This document shows positions 52,343 to 64,000 of a stretch of 64,000 nucleotides of DNA, in pieces. Under the pieces are notes generated by a model. It was not told the DNA's origin. It searched no databases and saw nothing but the letters and a program-made list of their open reading frames with translations. The position numbers and the translations under genes were made by a program. The DNA is from Perna viridis (taxonomy: Eukaryota): NCBI GenBank assembly GCA_037379345.1, contig CM074512.1, forward strand, positions 32,798,001 to 32,862,000, written 5' to 3'. Within the stretch, counting starts at the first letter, position 1, and each line of letters begins with the position of its first letter.

Positions 52343-54085
52343 GCAAGAAGTTAAGGAAATGTTGTGCCGAGTATACTAAATTTGATTTTGAACGACATTT
52401 AGAGTTTAGTTTATATTGAATGCCCAAATATTTATTGAACGAGCTTTCTGTTGCTAGCATTTAATTTATTTAAAAATGTATATCTTATTACTAAATGAAG
52501 TTATTCTAATAAATTAATATTTTGGAGCAAGACATCATGGGTATCTATTTCTGTTTATGTTAGTTCTTTTTGTGGGAAATATCTCTTGATTATAATATGA
52601 TACAACTTTTAAATATTTATATTTTACTTTCTTTATTGTTTGGATTGAAACTATTGTATCCTGAGCGCATGTTATAAATGTAACTAACTTGTATATGTAA
52701 CTTCAGATATTAATACAAAACCCTTCCAATATGTAGAAGAATTCATCAGTACTATCAATTCATCTTTTTCTTTGCACAAAGCGAGATAACTCTACACAAA
52801 CTGAACTTTTTAAGGATTGATACTGATTGATCTATACTTGTTGTAAAGAGATTTGTACTTGTAGATACTGAAATTTAAGTCAGAATTCATCTAAAATACA
52901 TTTCTATTTCATTCAATTGTTTACTACAAACATTACACACATTTTGTATTGATCCCAGAGATTTACAAGGAGAGAAAATTATAGGGTTTAGTTAACCTAT
53001 GAATTAGGTATTTGTTTTAGAATGTCTACAGTCGTCAGAGTGACTTGTTAGGTTTCACACAGACACACCTTTAAATTGAATTCATAAATATTCAAGGATA
53101 TGTTATACAATGTCTTATGTCAGAAAATACTTGGTTCTTAGTCCAATTAACGTTCATTTAGTAGTTGGATTTTATGTGGGCAGTGTTTATTCCCGAATCA
53201 TATCAACACGTTAAACTACTCTGCTGTGCACAGTGACAATCCGGACTTATATACCATTGTTTTGTTTAAGTAAAACTTTACTTCCAATGGCTCTGATAGT
53301 GTTTAAAATATGTAAATTGAATACTCGTATTCCTATTAAACTTCATTTATTTGTACTTATCATTGTAGATACTTTTATTCAAGTTGAATGACATCGGTTA
53401 GATTCTAAGTTTTCAGTACTTCTAGTATATAAAATTTATTTTTTGGGTAAAGGTCTTCTTATGTATTTGACTATAATACTTCTGACAGGAAGTTACTCAT
53501 TGCAACATATAGAAATTTGCATTATATATGATTGGTATTTTTGTATTTAGATAAATTATGAAACATTTGTACTAACGCTGTTAATACGTGTTTTAATGTG
53601 AACGATTTCATCGACAATTGACTTATAACTTTTGGTTCAGTTATAAAAGTTATATTGTTTTAAACATTTCATACTTACATTTGATTTCTTGTCTGTGCTG
53701 TTATTTCAATGTAAAAGCAGTTAAAATATACCACTGGTTGCTTTAAGTTAATAATATTTCTCACACCATTGCGTTTTATTAAGGCTTCATCCCAGATATA
53801 CACAAAGTTTGGGTTCTTGTGTCAACAGTTTGCTCTCTACATTATCTTGATGTATTATTTTACGACAATGCTATATAGTTATTTGTGATGTGTTCACAGA
53901 AAACAGGGGACATATTTTATTTGTGTTATATTACTTACTTGTGAACAATATATGTGAATAAATTACCGTAAACATATTTATGCAAGTCAAAAATGAAAAT
54001 ATTTGACGATATTCTATTGTATAATAAGACATGTAAAGTAGAAAGAAGTAACAAAATCGCCTTAATGCCTTTTTATTCACCCATT

Positions 54086-54453
54086 TTACAGTTCAATTTC
54101 ACCACCACCTCCACTTCTTCCACATGCCAGTTGACAACTCATAAAATCAGCAAAATTATTATCATTTCCTTCACAGCCGTTGAACTGAAATGAAGCGCAC
54201 ATCTTGAAAACTTTGTTGTAGTAGTATCTTGTGATTCCAGTTGTTGAGTTGTGACATGTTCCAGGATCTACTGGCATGTGACATGCGCATCTGCTGAGAC
54301 ACTCGACAGGACTCCTGTACCTATTACGGTTTCCACCACGTCCACTGTAACCGAAGGTTTCACATCGCCCAGTTTGGGCATTGAAATAATACATGTTGAT
54401 TGTAAAGAAAGGGTTACGTGGGTTGTATCCAGGGTATGATGGTAATCGACATC
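54086..54453 (-). CDS. Terminal exon of a tandem (two-domain) Kunitz/BPTI protein
   Basis: Acceptor cttttactttcag|GA (phase 1); CRLPSYPGYNPRNPFFTINMYYFNAQTGRCETFGYSGRGGNRNRYRSPVECLSRC-A-CHMPVDPGTCHNSTTGITRYYYNKVFKMCASFQFNGCEGNDNNFADFMSCQLAC-GRSGGGGEIEL*; AATAAA just after the stop. Confidence 0.92.
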
Positions 54454-57400
54454 CTGAAAGTAAAAGGGAACTGATACAATATGTATAATGGATAGCAAAT
54501 GTACATGTAAACAGTGCAGTTATGTATTTGAATTTGACAGATATTTAAATTAACATTTTAGAACTTCTTTTTACTTGTTTCGTGTAAGATTCTATAAAGG
54601 ATCACTTAACTGTCTTTTCATTATAGCTATATTAAAAGAATACTTAAACAAATCCTAATTGTAGCCATCTAATCACAACATGATTAATCATTTAAAAAAA
54701 AATATTTTTAGTGTTTTCAGTATTTTATACTATTAACAGATGAATCATTTACCTTATAAAATACCTAAACTAAAAAAAAATAAAATAAAATATTTGTTTG
54801 TAAGGGCCCCTTTAGTACTTTTAACTATTCTTTTTTATTCTAAAGAAGAAGCACTTTCCCTAGTACGTAACTCGTTTTTTTAATGCAATACTTTACTACG
54901 AATATAACATGTAATTTAAAATTTCAAATATATTTTTCTACTAAAGCTTAATTCCCTAATGTCGTTTATAGAGGCATAAGTTTGCATGCTGTCAGTATAA
55001 ACTTTCAAACTCAAAATAAATAAATAATCAGTACAATGTCTAAGATAAAACGAAAATCATTGATTAACGTAGCAAATATATCACGGTGTTCTTACAGCAA
55101 ACTATCTCCGCAGACTTCAGGGAGAAGAAGAGAAGAAAAAAACCAAAACAATCTTTTAATGCATTATATATATTATTGATGTGCAGTGACTTGACTTGGA
55201 ACACATATGAATTACAAGCACGTATTTGGTAAGACGACATCGAATATTATTACTTCTGCATTTCTTTACTGACTGTCATAATTTTACGAGCTTACAATTG
55301 TATACATTGAATTAAAGTTATGTAATTAGGCCAATTTAGCGATAACATTTTGATGACTTAAGAGACATTATGGCATAGAATCTGGTTTGATACCATTGGC
55401 TTTTAATCTATTTACTCACTATGTGGTAATTGTCTGTATGTTAGTAACTTTCGTAGATCTAGGTTTTGGTTGACGTTGTTAAAGTTCAAGCTGGAGAAAA
55501 GGAATGCAGCGGTTACAGGCACCAAAAGAATGATAAGAAATCGTATCATTCTTAATTCTGTCTGAAAAGTACAAATAATTGCAAAGAAAAATTAATTTTA
55601 GTATATACAAACAATTGACGGTATTCATAAACCTCCAACACGATCCACCGATTGGTTAGTAATGTATTAAAATCACAAATAGCCGAATCACAAAAGTTTC
55701 CATTTGTCATTTCGTGTTTTGTTTATAAATTTATCACTAGCAATGTTACCATTATACGATATCAGGAAGTAAGCTTGTCAATGGTCACAATACACTGATC
55801 ATTGCTTCTTTTGTCTTAATCCATGCCAGGCATTCTATAGGAACTTGAAGATATAACAGGATTGCAGAAACGCATTTAACTCTTTTACATTTTCGGAGTT
55901 TGGTTTTATTTCAGGTACATCGCATTCATACCGCTGTTTTGCTTGTTTATCATGTGTCTCTGTATGCCAAATGAATGTACAATTTCGGTTTCAATAATAT
56001 TAACATCTACAACATGTAGGCGAATTGACTGCCAGATCTTTTTTATTGTTACTTCTACATTTGTTCCATGTAATAAAGGAAAAAGATATCTATGCTCCTG
56101 TTCATAATTCTAAGTTCATAATTATCAATACCAAAGATACACGATTGTGGGACATCACCAGAAACCCAAAAAGACCAAATAGACGAGAAGCAAATATGGC
56201 ACAACAAAAGGTTAGAGGACAGAACAAACAGCCAGATGAAATTAAAAACGATGCCGAAAAAGAGATCGAAATAAAAGTGATATCGAAAATATTGGTATTA
56301 CGTGTTATCGCTAACAAGAGGACGGAAGGACATCTACTCAACCAGCGCACCCAGTTCATGCTCTGGATTGAGATTTATGTTAAAATTTTCCATTTTATTT
56401 TGTTCTTTTATTTGCTTTCATTTTTTTTTCAGTTTCAGTGCAAAATTAAAGCAGTGGAACATTTTCTTGATGAAATTAAAACGTTGACTCAAGGGTAAAA
56501 AAAGGAATGGCATCATTTAGAAGATATATCATACAGAAACTAGCATACATCATTGAATGATAGTAATTAACGAACACCCAAAACTTCTAGATGTATATAG
56601 AGAGTACGTCGTACAGGTATGAAATGCTCCGTAAGAAGTCTAAAAATGCAAATTAATCAGCTAAGCTGTCCTCATGTAAAGAAGCGTCCATCTACTTCGT
56701 TCGTTCAAAACGAATGCTGTGATACCATTTAAACAAGCCATACGATGCAGTGCTACTTCATAAATTGATATTCCAATTTTGTTCATAAAAGATGCATATT
56801 TGGACACTTGAACATTTGCTGTTCGATAACAGTCGAACCAAAACCCATAAAGTATATACAGAATTGTTCACTTGACCGATGTTACATCCCATAGTTTCTA
56901 CATACATGTAAATGTGACAAAGGTTACTCGGATCGCTCATATTTTATATGCGTGCACACAAGTTGACAAGCAATCAGAAAGCAAGAAAGTCTACCTATTT
57001 AGTCAAACTAAGTTAACATGTCGATTTAAATGTGTATTTCTGTATTTAACAAAATGCAGAAAAGCATACTTCGTTAAAATATTCTTATTCAATACTTACA
57101 TTTGACTCACAAAATAATTTCCAAAAAGACTAATTAAATAGATACTGAACAATATTAATTACAGAATTAATTAAGCATTGTTTATTAAATTAAATGACTA
57201 GAAAAAACAAGATGTCATGGAAATTTCGTGATGAGAATGCACGGAATAATTTATCATTACACTTACAAGGCATGCTTGTACATGGATGTGAAATTTGAGG
57301 CATTCAAAGGGGTATTTAAAAAAAGTTCGGATTTTACAGAATTAAAAGGAAAAACAGGCGACAATTTTGCCTTATATTTTCGATCTAGAATAACGCAGGA

Positions 57401-57891
57401 GACCCTCAGCAAACTAGCATACAGGCGCTACTTATTAAGTTTACCCCCACCTTAAATTTGGTAACCTTAATAATATAAAAAATATACTAATTACATGTAC
57501 ATAGTACATGTTACTATAAATCCATTGTTTTACATTACTAACTGTATAGAAAAATACACACGTGATTGTTTGGTCAGAAAAAAGGATATACCTCATGAAA
57601 AGCCACAGCCACAGAAGATATTAGTTGCGCATCAATTAAAAAAAGGCAATATATACAAATGTATTATAAATATGTGTAACATTTCTTCAATGAGCAAGTA
57701 TTTATGGAGTTTTTGTTAACAGACATATAATTCTCACATTTGTAAAGAGGTTTGAATCTTGGTTTCCTTAATAACCCTAATATAATAGTAAATACATTTA
57801 AAAAGACGTTTCTCTAATCTTTTCATTATTTTCATTTTTTCATATTTTCAAATCGACTGTACAGTACCTGTATGGGATAAACTTCCCATTT

Positions 57892-58021
57892 TATGGGGTA
57901 TGGGACAATGGGGCATGGGGAATTGGGGATGGGGAAATGGGGAATGGGGGATGATTGGGCGATGGGGAATGCGGCATTGGGAATGGGGTAAATGAATAGG
58001 GCAATGGGAATGGGGCGAAGG
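57892..58021 (+). repeat. Degenerate (ATGGGGA)n G-tract array
   Basis: About 15 runs of 3-5 G separated by short A/T-rich linkers. Confidence 0.85.
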
Positions 58022-58146
58022 AATAATTTTGATTGGTCAATAAAACAATTATTGTTTAATTTTAATATTGATAAATTAAACACATTGAGCATTAATAACA
58101 AGACCATTTAAAAAAGTAATATGCTGATTCCCTCTCAATTGGTAGA

Positions 58147-58649
58147 GCCCCGTGCAGGTCCGGGTGTCAAAAGAATAGGCCTGCAGCAGAGCTAAGCTTG
58201 TCGTAAAAGGCGACTAAATAGTGCTCAGAAACCTAGCCGGGGGCTAGCCGCTCTGCCCACAGAGCAACTGGGATGTGTGCCCCAGGTGGTGGAATGGGGT
58301 ACCCCTGGCATGTTACATGCTGGGGTTGTCAGGCTATAATACGGAAAACCTGACCGCAAACCATAGTGGTGCACCGTGTAGGGAAAGATGCCACGTTCCT
58401 CGCACGTTAAAGAACCCTGCTGGGGTATTCGATAGGAGTAGGAACCTTTGCGCTCCGCCACAGGAGGCTAAATTGTCCGACCTTACCCATCCCTCCCTTT
58501 TCCTAGTGGCAATCAAAATTTGTCGACCCTACTGTCCTTGTGTCCCATCCCATTTTTCATTTCATCATCATTTCATGTTCATTTTATCATCCATTTCATG
58601 TTCATCGTCTGAATATAGCTGAAATATTGCTGCTCGGACGTTAAACCCC

Positions 58650-58681
<32 letters not shown>
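58147..58681 (+). mobile_element. SINE-like element, full length, (CAAT)n tail
   Basis: GCCCCGTGCAGGTCCGGG...GCTGAAATATTGCTGCTCGGACGTTAAACCCCAA(CAAT)n; no TSD visible, and a Penelope-like fragment abuts its tail. Confidence 0.9.
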
Positions 58682-59295
58682 GCACCTGCGCATGGACTGT
58701 TCATATCAAAACTCATACGTTATACCAGAGCTTGCCGAAACTACGCAGACTTTTTGTATCGCGCTAGAACTCTAACAAATAGGCTTCTGGAACAGGGTTA
58801 TGTTGCTACAAGATTGAAGTCTTCACTACAGAAGTTTTATGGTCGTCATTATGAACTCGTGGATCGTTATGGTGTATCTATCTGCACCATGAAAACTGAT
58901 TTATTCAACGGGTCATAGTTTTCCTTTTCTCGTTTGTCTACCCCGAATTTGTCTTTTTATGAGCAACCCGACGGGTGGAAAAACAGAGGACGCTTACCCT
59001 ACCGGTGCATCGGGTCCATGCTCCCAGTTTTTAGTGGAGTCCGAGTTGCTCATTTGCTTTTGTTACTTTGTATGTATGATTTTAGTTACTTTCTGTTCTT
59101 TTCTGTGTATGTCTGTTTTCCATGTCTGGTCTTTGTCCCTGGAAAGAGTAATCAAGGGAACAAAGGTTATAGCGCTAATCACACGAATGTAATCCTGGGA
59201 CAAAGACCAGACATGTAGAGCAGACATACACAACAAAGAACACAAAGTAACTAAAACTCATATATACAAAGCAACAAAAGCAATTGAGCAACTCA
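58682..59295 (+). mobile_element. Penelope-like ORF C-terminus and 3' end, followed by an inverted 3'-end copy
   Basis: APAHGLFISKLIRYTRACRNYADFLYRARTLTNRLLEQGYVATRLKSSLQKFYGRHYELVDRYGVSICTMKTDLFNGS*; inverted copy at ~59143-59295. Confidence 0.88.
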
Positions 59296-62200
59296 TCTCA
59301 TGTATCAAATGTTTGGTTTATTAAATTAAGCCTACCTCATACCTAATTCCCCCTAAAAATAGAGAGTTAATTACAGTTTATTACGGACCAGGATAAGGCT
59401 TAGAATCGGTGTAAAACACGAGGGAGTTTTCCTCAGTATTTTCAACATTACTATATTCATTCGTTTAAAGACGTTTCGAGTGGAACCATGATCTACAGCA
59501 GCTTTGATCCATAGCAAGAGGTCGATATGTGAATTGTCGTGGTTCCGATGACACGGCCTGACCCAAGAGCCAGATTGTCAATTTGACTTTTTTCGAGTTT
59601 CTGATCGGCATTTTAATTCTAATATAGTCTTCCAATGAAAACGCTAAAAAGGTTTGTCTCCATTTCTTCCTAATTTCGAAAAACATTATTTATACATATG
59701 TGGTCCTTAAAATTGCTATCATGTTATACAAAATGAAGTGCATGTGCTCTTGTCTGACGTGTAGTTCTATTTACAAATATGACACACTAAAAATGGTTTG
59801 TATAGTAGCCGGTCATGTGATAACAGGAGGGTGCCTGCAATATCTCATGCATTACTTCGGCAAAATTTCAAGCTAATTTTTCGTGAACTATGTTACATCA
59901 TAGATGTATGGTTACATGTAATTATCAGTCTCTATGTAGGGATCAAACAGTGTGGGTGATACATGTACCATCAGAATCAAGAAAGAAAGACGCCATGTCC
60001 ATTTTTCTTATTTTATTTCGTTAAAGTGAATTGAAATGTCATTAAATTGCACTGCAAATGAACATTTAAAGGTCACGAAACGCTCTCAAGAACCTCAATT
60101 TCTAACATTCTATTGAAAAAGTACCAATTACGCAGTAATGCAGCTATCAAAATGTTCCTTTCAAATACAGAAGTTTTTTTAATGGAACTATTTTGTCTGA
60201 TCGTTTAGTTTTTTACTTTGGTGTTTCAAAATTTTGCAATTTTGTCTGACTTTCTCAAAGACTTGTTTTTCATTATATGCGTATTTTAAATTATTATTTT
60301 CATTAGGTATTTATTTGGAGATGAGTGTATTTCAAATGAAGGTATTAGAGTATTACGGTATAAATAGTATACACAAGGTCTAAAAGTTGTCTTGATAAAA
60401 AGGAAACTACCATTCTTGCTTTCTCTTTTTATTGCCTTAACAGTTGGATTTTAAAAACCGAAAACCACGAAAACTGGTACCCCACGAACCATAGTACTTT
60501 CACAGTACCTATTTTCAATTAAAAATCAACTATAAAATGATAAATTGTATTCGGTTATTTTTTCTTGAATTTCAGTCCAGCGTGCTGGTCAGTAGCAAAA
60601 ATGTCTCGGGTACATGCAATAGACGCCCGAGTCACAAAAAAACCTACCTAAACGGTTTTATTCCGACCAACAGCTGGACAGCACATACATGTACCATCTC
60701 CGGTTTTAATGGATTATTGATTTTGAAATCGCAAATCATTACTACGAGGCAAGCGAAGTGTACAGTAAACTCCAGTTCGTGATAAACAAACTAGCGAAAG
60801 GACTAGGGGAAACCAAACTTAGATTCGGGAATAAACATTCAGAAGTCAACGTTAATAAAATGACTTAACTTTCTCGTTAGTTCTTTCTGGGCTAATGGTA
60901 ATTAGTGGCATACTGATAAATCGAACAACGGCTCACACTTTCTAAAAACTACTGACTGAGTTGTTTTTGGAGAATTGTGTCTATTGTTTGATCCCCGCTG
61001 ATTTGTAAAAAAGAATCCACTGTTTAAACAAAAGCTTTAAATCTTGTCAATGTGTTATAGATGACAAATCCCCATAACAGAAATCAAAACAAATTTAACC
61101 TAGGACGGACCCAAAAAGCTTTGTATACCCGATTTCGGTCTGAATCTGAAATGAAGTTAACTTGTAATTCAGAATATGATTTTTATCGAGTTTCCTTAAA
61201 AAAGCAGATTGTTTTTCTGATAAAGCTCGCGTCTTAAAATTTTGTTGATTCGTTGAGATTAACCCTAGTTGATATAAAACCGTATCAGGCATGGTTATTT
61301 TAAAATAAAATATAACTATATATATTCAACTTCGTCCTCTTACGGTTACATCTGCCTCTAATACATTTAAAACTAAAGTTACATATTACATTTACACAAG
61401 CTATAATTTCCATTCAAAACGAATTGATTGAACCGATATACAAGTTGAATTGTACAAGCGAACACAATTAAAACATATGAAAATATCAAATATAAAATTA
61501 AGACGCCAAACCTGTTTGCAATCCGGTTGAACAAATCAAATCACTATGTTCTTGCATTTTTCCAAGCTAGTCACCTGCAACCCTGCAATCAAGGTCACAC
61601 TTGTAGCTGTGAATTTTATGTAAAATAAATTAAAAAAAATAATATATATCAAACTGATGCATATTTATTGTTTCATGTGATATTTTGTCTACCTTACAAC
61701 AGCCCCTTTTAATCTTTTTTCTTTTAATAGATACGTTCACCACATGCTGAACGCACTACGTATAAACTAACTCGTTAAATTTCATCACATTTTTTGTTTA
61801 TACTCTTTAGCTTTGGGATATTGAGGATGTTGGGGTGGTTGGGCGATTGGATTAGTTTAAAGCTATGAACGGTAGGATATTTTGCTCAAATAACCCCATC
61901 AAATCTAACAAAATGTGGCTACGGCCGAACATCGATGTCTCGGTGCTAAAAACCCATATAAATATTGAAGCATTCTATTTAACATTTTTAGTCTTTAATC
62001 TTTGATTAAAATTGGTGATACAGAAAACTACGTTCAAAGAATGTGAGGCTACCTACAACAATTAATATCACGCAGTAAAAATACTTAATATATGACTGTG
62101 AAATACAATCCTGTTCTGCGTCGAAGGGCGGTAAATATAATATAATCACACAAAAATAAAATAAAATAAAATAAAATAAACAATTTAAAAATATAAACGA

Positions 62201-63943
62201 AATATTAAAACCAAAAATTAAAAAAAGTAAACATTTGGTAATTTTAAGCAAGAGTAAATTTAGTAAAATAGACATGTGTGAAAAAATGAAGACCACAATT
62301 TTCGAGTTATCATCCTTTCTTCATTTGTATGATTTTAAGCATCACTGTAATTACAGTACTTTAAAAAAAATATACAGATAAAAGATTGCTAAGATGAGCA
62401 TGTACAGTTCCCTTATGTTTGTTAATATAAAATGTGTCTTCATAATATGAAACTTCCCTAAAAATAACACAAACATTTCCGTTTTTATTTCAATATCAAT
62501 GACCGCAACCATAGCACGATTATCGATACGCTACTTCGAGAATCTTTTATCCCGTGGTTGATTTTGAGTATCGTGTATGTTATTCAGCTCTCCTATGGGG
62601 TAAGTTACCCACTATCCCAAATACCTGGTTCCAACTCCAACATCGCCACATTCACCATGTCACGTTCCGCATTTTTCATTCAACGTGCATTCTTATTTCA
62701 CAGCGCCCAAAAAGTAGGAAAACATGTATTATGCATGACGCTAATTAAACCTTCAAAGGTTTTTCAATACAATATTTAGGTGAAGATTCGTTTATCACGC
62801 ATGTATTCCAAATTAATGCTAAGATTCCTCGTCTTCCATGTCCTTTGTCCCATTTCCAATTGTCCCGCACACTCATCCTATTGCAACATACCCCAGGCAA
62901 GGGAAGTTCACAGGTACAGTAATTTGGAGAAGAAAAATATCAATAATTGAAGAAATATGTTTGTGCGATAGCCATAAAAGTGCTTTCTTACTTAAAAAAA
63001 TCACGATGGGTGTTCAATCCCCGAAACACTGAGAAGTTGTAATGTTTAGAAGTAGCTCTGACAGCTAGGCATTGGATCAATAAAAACACCAATCTGACAG
63101 TGTAATTTCATTATATGTACCTTGTGCTTACATAACCATTAGTTATAGTCCAACCAATGAAATCCAATCCAAACTGAATAATGAGGACAAATAACATTCA
63201 ACTGAAAAACTCCTTTTCCCCCATACATGTAGAGACATAATGATGATCAACATTAATACACGGAGCTATTACAAATCTTGGATTTTTAAGGTACCATAAG
63301 GTTGATCGATTCGATTTGTACTTGACAAGCATGTGTAAAATGAATAAAGACTTGTTCTGATAAGGCGAAGATCGATGTAAACCTTTCATCTTCTATTTCT
63401 AACTTGCAAACAAAAATATTGTTTCTATATGACAGGAGGTGATTCATTCATGTCAAAAACTAACTGAACTCACTTTCGTTTCATGTTTACAAACGGGTAT
63501 TTATCACATAATCAGTCTTAATTTCTTTTGAATTAAAAAAAAAACAGAAAGTATTATCGTTACGAAAAGAAATAGTGTATGTAGAGCTTAAAAACATTAA
63601 CTATTTGATTGATTTTACTACAGAATGAATCACCTCTAAAATTGGTAGTGTCTAAATTTTATGTGGACTGGTAATTAAGATATTACTTTTTTTAATCAGG
63701 GTTTTACTTTGCACAAAATAAATCAAAATATTATAAATTAATACTTTTTTGACATGTAACTTACATAAATTTGTTGTCACCTTAACCAAACCATGTAATT
63801 ATTCAGTTATGTTAATACTACTACAAAATATTTTCCACAAAAAAATAAGGGGCACTTATCATTGTTTATGTTTTCGTTTATCATTTATGTTTGTATAAAA
63901 TGTACCATTCTTCATTTGCATACGTTAACGTCAATTGTTTTTT

Positions 63944-64000
63944 AAAGCAGAGGACGCTTATCCTACCGGTGCACCTGGTCCATGCTCCCAGATTTTAATG
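63944..64000 (+). mobile_element. Penelope-like 3' motif, cut by the window end
   Basis: AAAGCAGAGGACGCTTATCCTACCGGTGCACCTGGTCCATGCTCCCAG. Confidence 0.75.

Noticed and set aside
55096-55160. Candidate signal-peptide exon for the Kunitz gene (...FSSLLLPEVCGDSL|gtaag, minus strand)
   Set aside because: Its phase does not match the phase-1 acceptor at 54453, the alternative frame would create an in-frame TGA, and no in-frame ATG was found. A selenocysteine reading has no SECIS support. Left unresolved.
56025-56498. 157-aa ORF on the + strand
   Set aside because: Non-ATG start, no recognisable domain, and the 3' part reads like intronic T-rich sequence
38332-58622. Recurrent 60-118 aa ORFs (38332, 38459, 50402, 50511, 51860, 51882, 51994, 58225, 58275, 58334) that look like a small protein family
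   Set aside because: All lie inside copies of the same SINE-like element, occur on both strands and have inconsistent starts and stops between copies

Overview
AT-rich eukaryotic genomic DNA. The repeat types (Helentron-associated HINE-like elements, Penelope-like and RTE/CR1 retroelement relics, SINE-like elements with (CAAT)n/(CAAA)n tails, frequent TACATGTA) suggest a bivalve, probably an oyster; this is inference. Two protein-coding loci are well supported. (1) A + strand gene with three phase-consistent GT-AG exons (14543-14919, 16826-16949, 17335-18504; 556 aa, first exon not located). It encodes an unrecognised single-pass membrane protein whose long, low-complexity cytoplasmic tail carries four CxCxxC motifs and three Y-E-x-hydrophobic motifs. 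(2) The terminal exon (54453-54086, - strand) of a tandem Kunitz/BPTI protein whose first domain lacks the Cys14-Cys38 disulfide. The rest is mostly mobile DNA. Highlights are a 129-bp-TIR MITE present both empty and with a nested ~475-bp element, five copies of a non-tRNA SINE-like element (some with TSDs) whose 5' end can form a pseudoknot, about nine Penelope-like 3' ends sharing a conserved stem-loop, and several minisatellites. Most short ORFs in the supplied track are spurious or repeat-derived. No rRNA, tRNA or CRISPR array was seen. All family assignments are by eye, without database searches.
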